DNA from: Macrostomum lignano
Lineage: Eukaryota
Length of the DNA: 64,000 bases
Direction of reading: 5' to 3'
NCBI GenBank assembly: GCA_002269645.1
Contig: NIVC01000186.1
Span: 558,001-622,000, forward strand
The position numbers and the translations under genes are program-made. Positions 1-15,992 of the stretch are shown here, piece by piece. The notes beneath the pieces are model-generated. The model ran no database searches, had not been told where the DNA came from, and saw only the letters and a program-made list of their open reading frames with translations. Each line of letters starts with the position of its first letter. Within the stretch, counting starts at the first letter, position 1.

Positions 1-249
1 TTAGGCATGCGAAGCTGGAATTTAATTGCACTGGTCTGGTCCCCCGATCTCTCGCTAGTATCCGGATTGCTCACTTCTAATAGCGCAACGCTAATAATTC
101 ATTTATTAATGTTGTGTGCGTGCGAACGTGTTCCTTTTTTAACTGGTTCCAAGCAATTCCATTGGGATACTAAAGCTCTGGCTATGGGATTATTTTAATA
201 CTCTACTTGTTCAATGCTTAATGCGGCCTGTCCCTGCTCAGTATACTGC

Positions 250-830
250 TGAGTCTGATAGCTGAATCTGATAGCTGAGTCTGATAGCTGAATCCGATAG
301 CTGAATCTGATAGCTGAGTCTGATAGCTGAATCCGATAGCTGAATCTGATAGCTGAGTCTGATAGCTGAATCCGATAGCTGAATCTGATAGCTGAGTCTG
401 ATAGCTGAGTCTGATAGCTGAGTCTGATAGCTGAGTCTGATAGCTGAGTCTGATAGCTGAGTCTGATAGCTGAGTCTGATAGCTGAATCCGATAGCTGAA
501 TCTGATAGCTGAGTCTGATAGCTGAGTCTGATAGCTGAGTCTGATAGCTGAATCCGATAGCTGAATCTGATAGCTGAATCTGATAGCTGAGTCTGATAGC
601 TGAGTCTGATAGCTGAGTCTGATAGCTGAGTCTGATAGCTGAGTCTGATAGCTGAGTCTGATAGCTGAGTCTGATAGTTGAATCTGATAGCTGAGTAGGG
701 ATTGGCTGCTGAGTCTGTATAGCTGAATCTGATAGCTGAGTAGGGAGTGGCTGCTTAGTCTGTATAGCTGAGTAGGTAATGGTTGCTGAGTCTGTATAGC
801 TGAGTAGGGAATGGTTGCTGAGTCTGTATA
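250..830. repeat. 13-bp minisatellite (ATAGCTGAGTCTG)n in par-3 intron 3, degenerating toward 830
   Basis: Directly visible tandem units with GAGT/GAAT variants. Confidence 0.95.
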
Positions 831-928
831 GCTGATTTGCTGAGCAGGTTTCATGGTGAATCTGATTGTGGTCCCTGTCAGTTTAATCACCAATAAATTC
901 GTTACCATGCATACCGACAGCAACTTAC

Positions 929-2292
929 ATCGTGTCCATACGGCTGCCAGTAGAGCTGTTGCTGCTGCTGTTGTTGCTGCTGCTGTTGTTGCTGCTTCTG
1001 TTGTTGTTGCTTCTGTTGTTGCTGCTTCTGCGAAGGCGGCTCGCCTTGTCGCGACACCAGGAGCCGGACTGTGGCACCCACCGGGATGGATCGCAGCAGC
1101 GACACAACGTCAGTTTGAGTTCGGCCGCACAGACGAAATCCGTCCACTTCAAGTAGGCGATCGCCTGTCCGAAGCCGGCCATCTCGGACAGCGGAGCCGC
1201 GGCCAAGAATGGTCTTGACGAATATCGGACTCTCGACATTGGCCGCGTCGGTTAAGTCGGTCGGTTCGGCTGCCGACGCTGCGGCCGCCGACATGAGGGC
1301 GTAATCCCTGGCAGCGACAGAGAATCCCAGGCCGTCGGGAGATTTCAATAGGTCAACGGAAAACACCTGGCCAAGGGTGCGCACGTTCAGAGAGTTCGGA
1401 CCTGCCACGGTGGTCGTCGGAGGCGGCGCCTGTGGCGGCGGCGGCGGAGGAGGAAGCGGAGGCGACGGTACAGCAGCGGCCGCCGCTCCGTTCAAGCAGT
1501 CTAAGCTGTACTCATTATTCTCTGAGCTCGACAGTCGCCGTCGGGGCAGCGGAGGCGGAGGCGACGGCGGCGGCGGCAGCGGCGGAGACTGGCGTCGATC
1601 CTGCAGGATCGCCCGAGCGACGCCGTCCAGCGTGTTCACGGGCGGCGGCGGCGGCGGCGGCGATGCGAGCGGCGACGGAGGCGGAGACGGGAGGCGCCTG
1701 TGGCGATGAAGGAGTCTGGAAGAGTTGGGAAATAAGTTGGGATAAGGTTTACCAGCTACTACAGGTAAGTGAGCAGTGCCGGAGACCCAGTGCAATATAA
1801 GCTGCCACTCACTCAGCGGCATTCTCCATTCTGTGGCGCGGCAAGCCGCTGCCGCCACTCGCGCCGCCGCCTCCATTGACAAGAGGCTTGGCCGGCAGCG
1901 GCTGCCTCTGCCTCTCATCACTGTCTGCAGGCATCGCCATCATGAAGGCCGGAGGCGGCGGCGGCAGGTCTTCGGTGCAGCAGCAGTCGGAGTCGTACGC
2001 GGCCGCTCCGCCGCTGCTGCTGCCGCCGCCTCCGCCACCGCCGCCGCTGCCCAGTCCGCCGCAGGTGGGAGGCAACGGAGGACAGGTGTGCGCAATCAGC
2101 TGCAAGGGGGCGGGTGGAAGTTAATTAGCGCGTATTTTTTCAAGAAAATATCAATCATCGGAGCATTAAATATTCAATAGAATTCGCTTTTGCAGAATTG
2201 GCCTGGCTGGTGAAAGATAAGACGGCTAAGCGCTAAGAACAGACAGACAGACAGACAGACAGACAGAAAGACACACAGACAGACACAGACAC

Positions 2293-2371
<79 letters not shown>

Positions 2372-2448
2372 CACAGACAGACAGACACACAGACAGACAG
2401 ACACACAGACAGGCAGACAGACAGACATACAGACAGACAAACAGACAT

Positions 2449-2479
<31 letters not shown>

Positions 2480-2768
2480 CACAGACAGACACACAGACAG
2501 ACAGACAGACAGACAGACACACAGACACACAGACAGACACACAGACAGACAGACACACAGACACACAGACAGACACACAGACAGACAGACACACAGACAG
2601 ACAGACACACAGACAGACACAGACAGACAGACACACAGACACACAGACAGACACACAGACAGACACACAGACACACAGACAGACACACAGACACACAGAC
2701 AGACACACAGACAGACAGACACACAGACACACAGACAGACACACAGACAGACAGACACACAGACAGAC

Positions 2769-2811
<43 letters not shown>

Positions 2812-2910
2812 CACAGACACACAGACAGACACACAGACAGACAGACACACAGACAGACAGACACACAGACACACAGACAGACACACAGACAGACAGACAC
2901 ACAGACAGAC

Positions 2911-2953
<43 letters not shown>

Positions 2954-5900
2954 CACAGACACACAGACAGACACACAGACAGACAGACACACAGACAGAC
3001 AGACACACAGACACACAGACAGACAGACACACAGACACACAGACAGACAGACACACAGACACACAGACAGACAGACACACAGACACACAGACACTCACAT
3101 GAGCACAGGCAGTCAGCCAAGCCTGCTGAAGATCATAGGAGGCGGAGCGGCCTCCCAGTGACACAGAGTGCACTGGCCGCTCAACAGCGCAGGCCATGGC
3201 AAGGCAAAAGCAGCCCCAGGACTGGCTCCTGCCTCTTGCATAGCCTGGCATTTTGCTAAGGCTAAGCCGATATTTGGTTGCCTCTTCTGAGAAATGCTTT
3301 CTCAATTGCAATTTGTCTGGCTTTAAAATGAGCCGCAACTACTGCTGGCATGTAATAACCTTTCGCTTATTAATACAGATTGCTAAAAATGCTAAATATG
3401 CAAATTTTATGCTAATCACAGCGGCCTCGCGTGATTCCGAGTTTGCAATTTCTGTCTCGCACAGAGTCACTGTTGGTATAATTAGAGAAACAGCCTACTG
3501 TAAGTAGAAATGCAGGCATTTTGCTATGAAAAATGAACCGGATGATGCGAGAAATTTTAGAAACAAATCTGTTTTGTTTTGCTTTGCTTTAAAAATGATA
3601 AATCATAACTATCTCAGTAGTCTTCAGACAGGTTTCATTCTGCGGGACATTTCAACACGACAGTTGTTGCTGTTTTTTCTATTTCTCTTTAGCCGCTAAA
3701 GCTTTCTTTTGCAGGCAAAACCGCTTTCATCACAATTAATTTTCTTGTCAAACCAATTTCTTCAACGATGACGGGCCGAGAAAGTGCAAACACAAGCGCG
3801 TGTTTGGGAAGGAAAAAGAGGGGAAAGACCACTTTCGACTTTCTTCTTTAGACCAAAGTCCTTCGTCAGTCTCGCGACTTACTAAAAGCGGATTAACTGT
3901 CACCCTGCTGCTGCTGGGATCTTCCGGGAAGGGGTAGGGGTATTACTACACTATATAGTACTAAGCTTTTTTACTAGAAGCTTATCCGGCGTGACACAAA
4001 TGCACTTAGAAACCTTAAATCCGAGAGGGAGAGTCTCCATAAAGCATCTGGCTATAGTTTGAGATGCCAAATAGCTAATTAGTTGGCTGAATAAAAGAGT
4101 ATTAGCCAACTTGGCAATACTAGTGCAGTCTGTACTTACCTAGCTATTACATAGGAACAACCTGCTAGCTAGAGGTTTTGCAATCATGATCGGCATAGAG
4201 AGTCTCTGATCTCTGGCAAGCACCGATCCCACTCACCAGTTCCCGATCCCACTTCAGTAGTTCCCGATCCCACTTCAGTAGTTCCCGATCCCACTCACCA
4301 GTTCCCGATCCCACTCACCAGCTCCCGATCCTACTCACCAGTTCCCGATCCCACTTCAGTAGTTCCCGATCCCACTTCAGTAGTTCCCGATCCCACTCAC
4401 CAGTTCCCGATCCCACTCACCAGTTCCCGATCCCACTTCGGTAGTTCCCGATCCCACTCAATAGTTCCCGATCCCACTCAATAGTTCCCGATCCCACTCA
4501 ATAGTTCCCGATCCCACTCACCAGTTCCCGATCCCACTCACCAGTTCCCGATCCCACTTCGGTAGTTCCCGATCCCACTCAATAGTTCCCGATCCCACTT
4601 CGGTAGTTCCCGATCCCACTTCGGTAGTTCCCGATCCCACTCAATAGTTCCCGATCCCACTCAATAGTTCCCGATCCCACTCAATAGTTCCCGATCCCAC
4701 TCACCAGTTCCCGATCCCACTCAATAGTTCCCGATCCCACTCACCAGTTCCCGATCCCACTCAATAGTTCCCGATCCCACTCACCAGTTCCCGATCCCAC
4801 TCACCAGTTCCCGATCCCACTTCGGTAGTTCCCGATCCCACTCACCAGTTCCCGATCCCACTCACCAGTTCCCGATCCCACTCACCAGTTCCCGATCCCA
4901 CTCAATAGTTCCCGATCCCACTCACCAGTTCCCGATCCCACTCAATAGTTCCCGATCCCACTCACCAGTTCCCGATCCCACTTCGGTAGTTCCCGATCCC
5001 ACTCAATAGTTCCCGATCCCACTTCGGTAGTTCCCGATCCCACTCAATAGTTCCCGATCCCACTCAATAGTTCCCGATCCCACTCACCAGTTCCCGATCC
5101 CACTCAATAGTTCCCGATCCCACTCACCAGTTCCCGATCCCACTCACCAGTTCCCGATCCCACTCACCAGTTCCCGATCCCACTTCGGTAGTTCCCGATC
5201 CCACTCAATAGTTCCCGATCCCACTTCGGTAGTTCCCGATCCCACTCAATAGTTCCCGATCCCACTCACCAGTTCCCGATCCCACTCAATAGTTCCCGAT
5301 CCCACTCAATAGTTCCCGATCCCACTCAATAGTTCCCGATCCCACTCACCAGTTCCCGATCCCACTCAATAGTTCCCGATCCCACTCTCCAGTTCCCGAT
5401 CCCACTCACCAGTTCCCGATCCCACTCACCAGTTCCCGATCCCACTCACCAGTTCCCGATCCCACTCACCAGTTCCCGATCCCACTCTCCAGTTCCCGAT
5501 CCCACTCACCAGTTCCCGATCCCACTCACCAGTTCCCGATCTCACTCACCAGTTCCCGATCTCACTCACCAGTTCCCGATCTCACTCACCAGTTCCCGAT
5601 CCCACTCACCAGTTCCCGATCCCACTCACCAGTTCCCGATCCCACTCACCAGTTCCCGATCCCACTCACCAGTTCCCGATCCCACTTTAGTAGTTCCTGA
5701 TCCCACTCACCAGTTCCCGATCCCACTTCAGTAGTTCCCGATCCCACTCACCAGTTCCCGATCCCACTTCAGTAGTTCCTGATCCCACTTCAGTAGTTCC
5801 TGATCCCACTCACCAGTTCCCGATCCCACTCACCAGTTCCCGATCCCACTCTCCAGTTCCCGATCCCACTCACCAGTTCCCGATCCCACTCACCAGTTCC

Positions 5901-6552
5901 CGATCTCACTCACCAGTTCCCGATCTCACTCACCAGTTCCCGATCTCACTCACCAGTTCCCGATCCCACTCACCAGTTCCCGATCCCACTCACCAGTTAC
6001 CGATCCCACTCACCAGTTCCCGATCCCACTCACCAGTTCCCGATCCCACTTCAGTAGTTCCCGATCCCACTTTAGTAGTTCCTGATCCCACTCACCAGTT
6101 CCCGATCCCACTTCAGTAGTTCCCGATCCCACTCACCAGTTCCCGATCCCACTTCAGTAGTTCCTGATCCCACTTCAGTAGTTCCTGATCCTACTCACCA
6201 GTTCCCGATCCCACTCACCAGTTCCCGATCCCACTCACCAGTTCCCGATCCCACTTCAGTAGTTCCTGATCCCACTTCAGTAGTTCCTGATCCCACTCAC
6301 CAGTTCCCGATCGTCCAGGACGTCTGCCACTCTGTCGCCCCAGTCCAGAATGCCACCGTCCCTGGCCAGAACAACCCTGGACACGGTGAAGGATGGAGAT
6401 GAGGAGGCTGGCGATGACGAGGCGGGAGAAGACGTGACCGCAGCGGTCAGGTAACGCCTGGCGGCCTTGTCAACCAGACTGCGGATTGTCAGGTCGCCGC
6501 TGCCGCACGGGACAACCAGCTTGGTGTCGCCGAAGCTCACCGTCACCTTCAT
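929..6552 (-). CDS. par-3: Par-3/Bazooka-like polarity protein, 3'-partial; exons 6552-6301, 2099-1813, 1715-929; continues beyond the window start
   Basis: Exon 1 [17 protein letters not shown]...[20 protein letters not shown] matches the Par3 N-terminal PB1-like oligomerisation domain. It joins in phase 0 (CTG|gtgagt ... ttgcag|CTG) to LIAH. Exon 2 ends GA|gtgagt and exon 3 starts ttccag|A (phase 2). Exon 3 carries a PDZ ([14 protein letters not shown]...[30 protein letters not shown]...[11 protein letters not shown]) resembling Par3 PDZ2 and ends GAT|gtaagt. Confidence 0.88.
2240..3095. repeat. (GACA)n/(CACA) compound microsatellite in par-3 intron 1
   Basis: Directly visible. Confidence 0.97.
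4223..6312. repeat. 20/21-bp minisatellite, about 100 units, whose monomer equals the par-3 exon 1/intron 1 junction
   Basis: Unit CCACTCACCAGTTCCCGATC; its reverse complement GATCGGGAACTG|GTGAGTGG is the last 12 exon nt plus first 8 intron nt. Confidence 0.95.
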
Positions 6553-7221
6553 TGCGGCTTAGCGCTGCTGAGCGGTGGCAATTTGGCTAGAAGATTCTGC
6601 TTCTGCCGCGCTTCTGCTGTCTGCTTTTTCTGGGGACTTCTGCAATTGAAAAATTCTATTTTTTAAATTTCCTTTAATTTTTATAACCTTTCTTAAAATT
6701 TAATTAGTGTTGACAATAGGAAAAATTAGGAAAAAATATATTATTATTCCCAGATATTTTGATTTTCAAAATTGACAATAGAGTAATTCTTGCTTCGAAT
6801 ATGACAACTATATAAAAATTTATTTGCAAAAAATTCTGGACAAACAGAAATAAATTTATTAAAACATAATCAAGATATACATGAATTTTAAACAATGGGG
6901 CAAGACATCTTTAAAAAATTATAGCATTATATAATGAAATCTACTGCTAGCATAATACCATTGATAATATTTTTGACTCCTATCTCAGTGAGTCACTATA
7001 ACTAGCTTTATCTTAAGCTATAAAAGTTCTCTAGCTATATTTATATGAACAACCTATTACTTTGTGGCAAAATGGCATTTTTTAATCTTCCTTATATCTC
7101 AAGCAGGCTAGCTAATTTTCTTAAAAATCAATTTAAAAAATTATATATAAACTAAAGCATTGCATGATCTACATGATTGCTCTTTCTAGGATTGGCAATG
7201 ATTCTGTCCACTAAGTTTTGT

Positions 7222-7523
7222 CCATACATACGCAACCTCCAAAATTCGGTCGGCCATGCGACTTAGTTTTAACAAAAATGCGACGTAGTTTTTGGTCAAA
7301 AATGCGACTTACATGTAAAAAAAAACCCTGAAGCAAAATTAACGAAATTTTGGGTAAACGGCAGGAGTAACTATAACTGTCTTTTAAGCCAAAAATGCCT
7401 CGTCAGCTACTTAGTACTACTACTTTGGTGCTTTTTCGGGTGGGCATTTTTGTGACTTCCTTGGTTGGCCACCAAATCGGTCGGCTGGATCGGCCGACTC
7501 GGCCGACTTTTGCGCATGTATGG
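7222..7523. mobile_element. MITE-like non-autonomous element with 14-bp TIRs and a 6-bp flanking direct repeat, carrying a 28S rRNA fragment
   Basis: Left end CCATACATACGCAA (7222-7235); right end TTGCGCATGTATGG (7510-7523), 13/14 inverted match. TTTTGT lies directly outside both ends (7216-7221, 7524-7529). Subterminal TCGGTCGGCC/GGCCGAC motifs. Confidence 0.7.
7329..7415 (+). pseudogene. Degenerate fragment of eukaryotic 28S rRNA (R2/I-PpoI target region), not a functional rRNA gene
   Basis: GGGTAAACGGCAGGAGTAACTATAACTGTCTTTTAAGCCAAAAATGCCTCGTCAGCTACTTAGT versus conserved 28S GGGTAAACGGCGGGAGTAACTATGACTCTCTTAAGGTAGCCAAATGCCTCGTCATCTAATTAGT. Confidence 0.85.
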
Positions 7524-7770
7524 TTTTGTCTATTACCTTTTCAAGGGTAATCATTATAGTGAATAATTTATTTGGCCATGAAAATATTCAGGCCTACAAG
7601 CTATATATTATTTATAGTCTGTTAGAACTCTAAATCAAGAGTAAGTCAATAGTATACCTATAATTTATTAATGCATATTTATTAAAATGGTATCCTGGGT
7701 TCAAAAAGAATATTTTCAAATGATGCCCTATGGCCTATATGTGATTTTTTATACAAGTACTGGAAGCATA

Positions 7771-8063
7771 AGAATTGCCCACAGACTAAATTGCCTACCA
7801 AGATTTGCCTGTCAAGCTTTCCCTGCCAAGATTTGCCCATGGTACATTATGCATATGAGCAAATTGCCCATCAAGATTTGCCTGCTAAGATTTGCCAACA
7901 AGACAAAATCTGCTATGTGGCTAAATGCATTATAATAAAAAAGCATTGCAAACAAAATTTGGTGGAAAAAACTTGGCAGGCAATTTGCTTGCAGGTAATT
8001 TATTTGTAGGAAAATTGCACTTTGCAAAATGTTGATAGGCAATTTGTCTGTATAGGCAATTCT
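7771..8063. mobile_element. Old MITE-like foldback element
   Basis: Left AGAATTGCCCACAGACTAAATTGCCTACC versus reverse complement of right end AGAATTGCCTATACAGACAAATTGCCTATC; internal AATTTGCC/GGCAATT subrepeats in opposite orientation; no TSD recognised. Confidence 0.5.
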
Positions 8064-10128
8064 CATAGACCCACTAGTACTAGAGAAAAACTTATATATC
8101 TGGCTTATAGGCTATATATAACCCACAAAGCCTCTGTATCTAGACTAGCTTGGCTCTTAAAACTTTACAATAGCAATCTAGCCTAGAATCTATTTACAAT
8201 AGAATATTATTTTTGCTTTTGTTTATTTTTGTTCAAAGAAATTAAGGATAAGGATATTTTTGTCCTTTATTATTAATTTGAAATGAAAGTGCTTCCATAT
8301 TTTAAACTTGCTTGCAGCAGTGCAGTTTGCTACCTTCAGAAATTTGACTTATATTTATTTCTCTATGAGTATGAATGGGTGTTAAAACAAAGGAAAGATA
8401 AATTTATATCCAGCTTCCAGCATAGCAGTACAAACTTAGTGGACTCGACTGGCATGGTACAAAATGATAGTATTTTAATTTTTAGTATATGGATTTTTGG
8501 AACTGTTGTGCTTTAAATGCTAATTCAATTGTTTATAGCAGCAGGATATGAAATTAAAATAAAGATAAGCTAAACATATTGTTTCCGTTTATATATATCA
8601 ATAATAATAATATTGCAAAGTTACTTAAACGGCCTGAGTAAACTGTAAACTTAGAGTTTTAATTTTTTAAGGTATTGGTATTCCTAGAAGTGACATCTTT
8701 GAATTGTTGGAACGAAACAAATATCGAACACAGTAATGTTGCTTAACAGTAAGCAAAACTTTGTAAAGATTAGTATATTTGTTTTTTATAAGCTATTAAA
8801 ATATGAAACGCCTTTTTGTTTAAAAGCTGTATAAATTTTTGTTTTAAATAGGTTGTGTTTCTGAATTATTTACGCAAAATATGATCAATTGGCTTCTCTG
8901 TCACAATACGTTTTTTCGTTTTTTTCAATGCTTTGTCAACTTATTTTAGTTTTGAAGCTTCTTTAAACTTCAACTTAAAACTCTCTTCAAATGAAATTTT
9001 ACTTCTTGGTAGGTGATGGCTGGACTACAAGATTTAAATCCCGTTTTTGTTCCCCATGCTAAATTCATGCTAAATTTACACTGATTTTGTGAATTTTATT
9101 TTACCCAACACTTTCCAATGTACAATTACTATCTTTCGCTTACGAACTGCCATAGTTATAACTAAAATCAAGGAATATTGAATACTAAAGTTACAAATTT
9201 AGGACTCCAAGCACAAAAATACAATTTTGATAAGAATATGAAAATCGATATGATATTTATAAAGACAAAAGGCTTCAAAGGCGTACAAGATTGATATGAT
9301 GCACATGTACATGCATCTGATCGAGTTATACTAAAGTTCCGCTTTACAAAAGTTACATAATAATGTTGTGCCGCGTCCTCTATACATGTAAGATGTTCAT
9401 TAGACTACTGGATCCGTTTCGATTATTTTCAGATGATTTTCACATTAAAATCTTTTTGGTGGTGTAAAACGACACTTAATTGTTCAAATACGATTCAAAT
9501 TACCGATAACGAGTGCAAGGACTAGATGTACATGTACATTTATATGTACAATAGTCGCAATGTACAAAAGTATATTTGTATATAGCTAGTGTTCGTTGGT
9601 GTGTTTGTAAATGTACGCTCACGTGTTACTTCATGCTATAATTCAGTCGTCATTTTAGCTTTGAGAAGATACATGAAATATTATATTTATGTAGGTATAA
9701 ATAATTGTTTAATATTGTTAAGTATTGTTTACTTAATATTAAGAAAATTAAGTTAAAAAAGCATGCCGAATTGAGTTTTGCATTTGCCGAGTTTACCTGG
9801 ACCGATCTTTGTATTTTTTTGTTAAGCCGAGGCGACAAAAAGCTGGACTGTTTTGGGCAATCTTATTGAGACGATCCGTCAGAAAAAAGAATTCCTCAGA
9901 GAAGCGAACACTTATCGAAACAGCTGGTCATTGCACAGAGAATGCTCTGACTTAGAGATCGAGTTGCAAGCTTAAAAAATAAGAGCTCGAGAAAACTGTG
10001 GAGGGGAAAAATAATATAGACTTTGTTCGATCCCTAATTCTCATTCAGCTGCTCTCGATTATTTGATTGGGACTCCGGACATCAGACCTTACGAGTACTC
10101 TGTGCTGTTTCCGAGCAGTTGATTTCGA

Positions 10129-14091
<3,963 letters not shown>

Positions 14092-14672
14092 TGCAGTCTG
14101 AATGTGGTACTGAAAGCAGCGGACCTGCCCGAGCAGAGTTGGTTAGGCCTAGTAAACTGGTGCAATGGCAATGTTAACCTGCCGTGCGAGAAATTGCTCG
14201 GAGTAGCTGGCTGGAAGGGCGGGCAGGAGAGCAGAAGACTAAAATCAAAGCGAACAGCCTTATCGAAGAGGCGCAGTGTACTCGCCCCACCCCTCCCTCC
14301 GCCTTATTTCCGCTTTCCGCACCTCCTTCTCCCCCCCTCTCTCCCCGCCGTATCTCCACTGTGTATCTCGTCCCCCGACCTTCCAAGACTAAACTGCAGA
14401 AGCGGTAGAGCTTGAGAGAGAGAGACCATGAGCTCTCCAGAATCCCCGTTCTATCCCCCTACACCCTACTCCCCAAAATCGGGATGCAAAGAAAGAGCGG
14501 CTGCACTGTACTCATTTACTCCAAGCTCGGTGGCAGCTCAGAGAGGTGAACGCTATCTCGCAATTCTTTCCAATGCAGTCAGTTGAGAGAGTCAACACAG
14601 AGTTACCCAGCGCGTACAGAGAGGCAGAGTCTTGCAAAGTAATCAACATACAGGCAAGAGAAGTCCAAGGAG

Positions 14673-14688
14673 AGAGAGAGAGAGAGAG

Positions 14689-14786
<98 letters not shown>
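14673..14786. repeat. (AG)n(TG)n dinucleotide microsatellite
   Basis: Directly visible. Confidence 0.97.
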
Positions 14787-14787
<1 letters not shown>

Positions 14788-15299
14788 AAGGAAGGATGGA
14801 AGGGATGAAAAATGGGGAGAAAGGGAAGATGGGCGAGAAGGCTGAGTACGGTGATGGAGAAAGCTATCAGTTAGGGAGATGTACTTTCTTCTCATGCAGG
14901 CAGCACCCAAATCCATGGCAGTGAAGCCGTGTGAGCTGACACCATTTGTTTAACTAGGTAACCATGGCAAAAAACTGTGTCTATAGGAGAGGATTTATTA
15001 AGACAGAGTGATCTATTTTAAGATGAGAAGTTACGAAATGCGAACCCGTTAAAAGTATAAAATCTGTAGTTTTAATTTACGTAATTTATAATCAACCAAG
15101 CATAATTGTGTAGACTAAAATTTAAAAAAAATATTAAAACTTTTTTGTCTGGTTTTTTCCTGGCGACTAGCTTACGTAATATTCGAAGGAAGACAGCTAG
15201 TCGAAGCAAGAAATGGGAAGAACAGGGAGGGAGGAAGAAGGAAGGGAGAGTGGAAGAGAGGCATAGGCCGAACGAGAGAAGGAGACAGAAAGGAAATGA

Positions 15300-15785
15300 G
15301 GGAGAGGGAGAGAGGCAGAGAGGGAGCGGCAGAGAGGGAGAGGCAGAGAGGGAGAGGCAGAGAGGGAGAGGCAGAGAGGGAGAGGCAGAGAGGGAGAGGC
15401 AGAGAGGGAGAGGCAGAGAGGGAGAGGCAGAGAGGGAGAGGCAGAGAGGGAGAGGCAGAGAGGGAGAGGCAGAGAGGGAGAGGCAGAGAGGGAGAGGCAG
15501 AGACGGAGAGGCAGAGAAGGAGAGGCAGAGAGGGAGAGGCAGAGAGGGAGAGGCAGAGAGGGAGAGACAGAGAGGGAGAGGCAGAGAGGGAGAGGCAGAG
15601 AAGGAGAGGCAGAGAGGGAGAGGCAGAGAGGGAGAGGCAGAGAGGGAGAGGCAGAGAGGGAGAGGCAGAGAGGGAGAGGCAGAGAGGGAGAGGCAGAGAG
15701 GGAGAGGCAGAGAGGGAGAGGCAGAGAGGGAGAGGCAGAGAGGGAGAGGCAGAGAGGGAGAGGCAGAGAGGGAGAGGCAGAGAGA
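15300..15785. repeat. 14-bp purine minisatellite (AGAGAGGGAGAGGC)n
   Basis: Directly visible. Confidence 0.95.
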
Positions 15786-15992
15786 AGGGGAAAGTGCTAA
15801 CATTGACAGCATAAGCCGTGTTCGCATACAAAGCAGACGACTTTAATATAACAATGATTGAAGATTGCACACATACCATGCCTATTGCCATGTCAAATGA
15901 ATAGCAATAATAATATTTAATATTAATAATAATAATAATGATAATAATCCGCAATACAACAAAGAAGACAATGAAATTTCAGAGCACGCAGC

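Noticed and set aside
1-90. Possible next par-3 exon (VALLEVSNPDTSERSGDQTSAIKFQLRMP, minus strand)
   Set aside because: Needs a phase-2 donor, whereas the best exon 3 donor (GTAAGT at 928) is phase 0; weak acceptor; cannot be resolved at the window edge
4223-6312. CRISPR-like appearance of regularly spaced repeats here and at 29148-29548
   Set aside because: No unique spacers, no cas genes, eukaryotic intronic context
7329-7415. Functional rRNA gene
   Set aside because: Under 90 bp, mutated at universally conserved positions, no flanking rDNA
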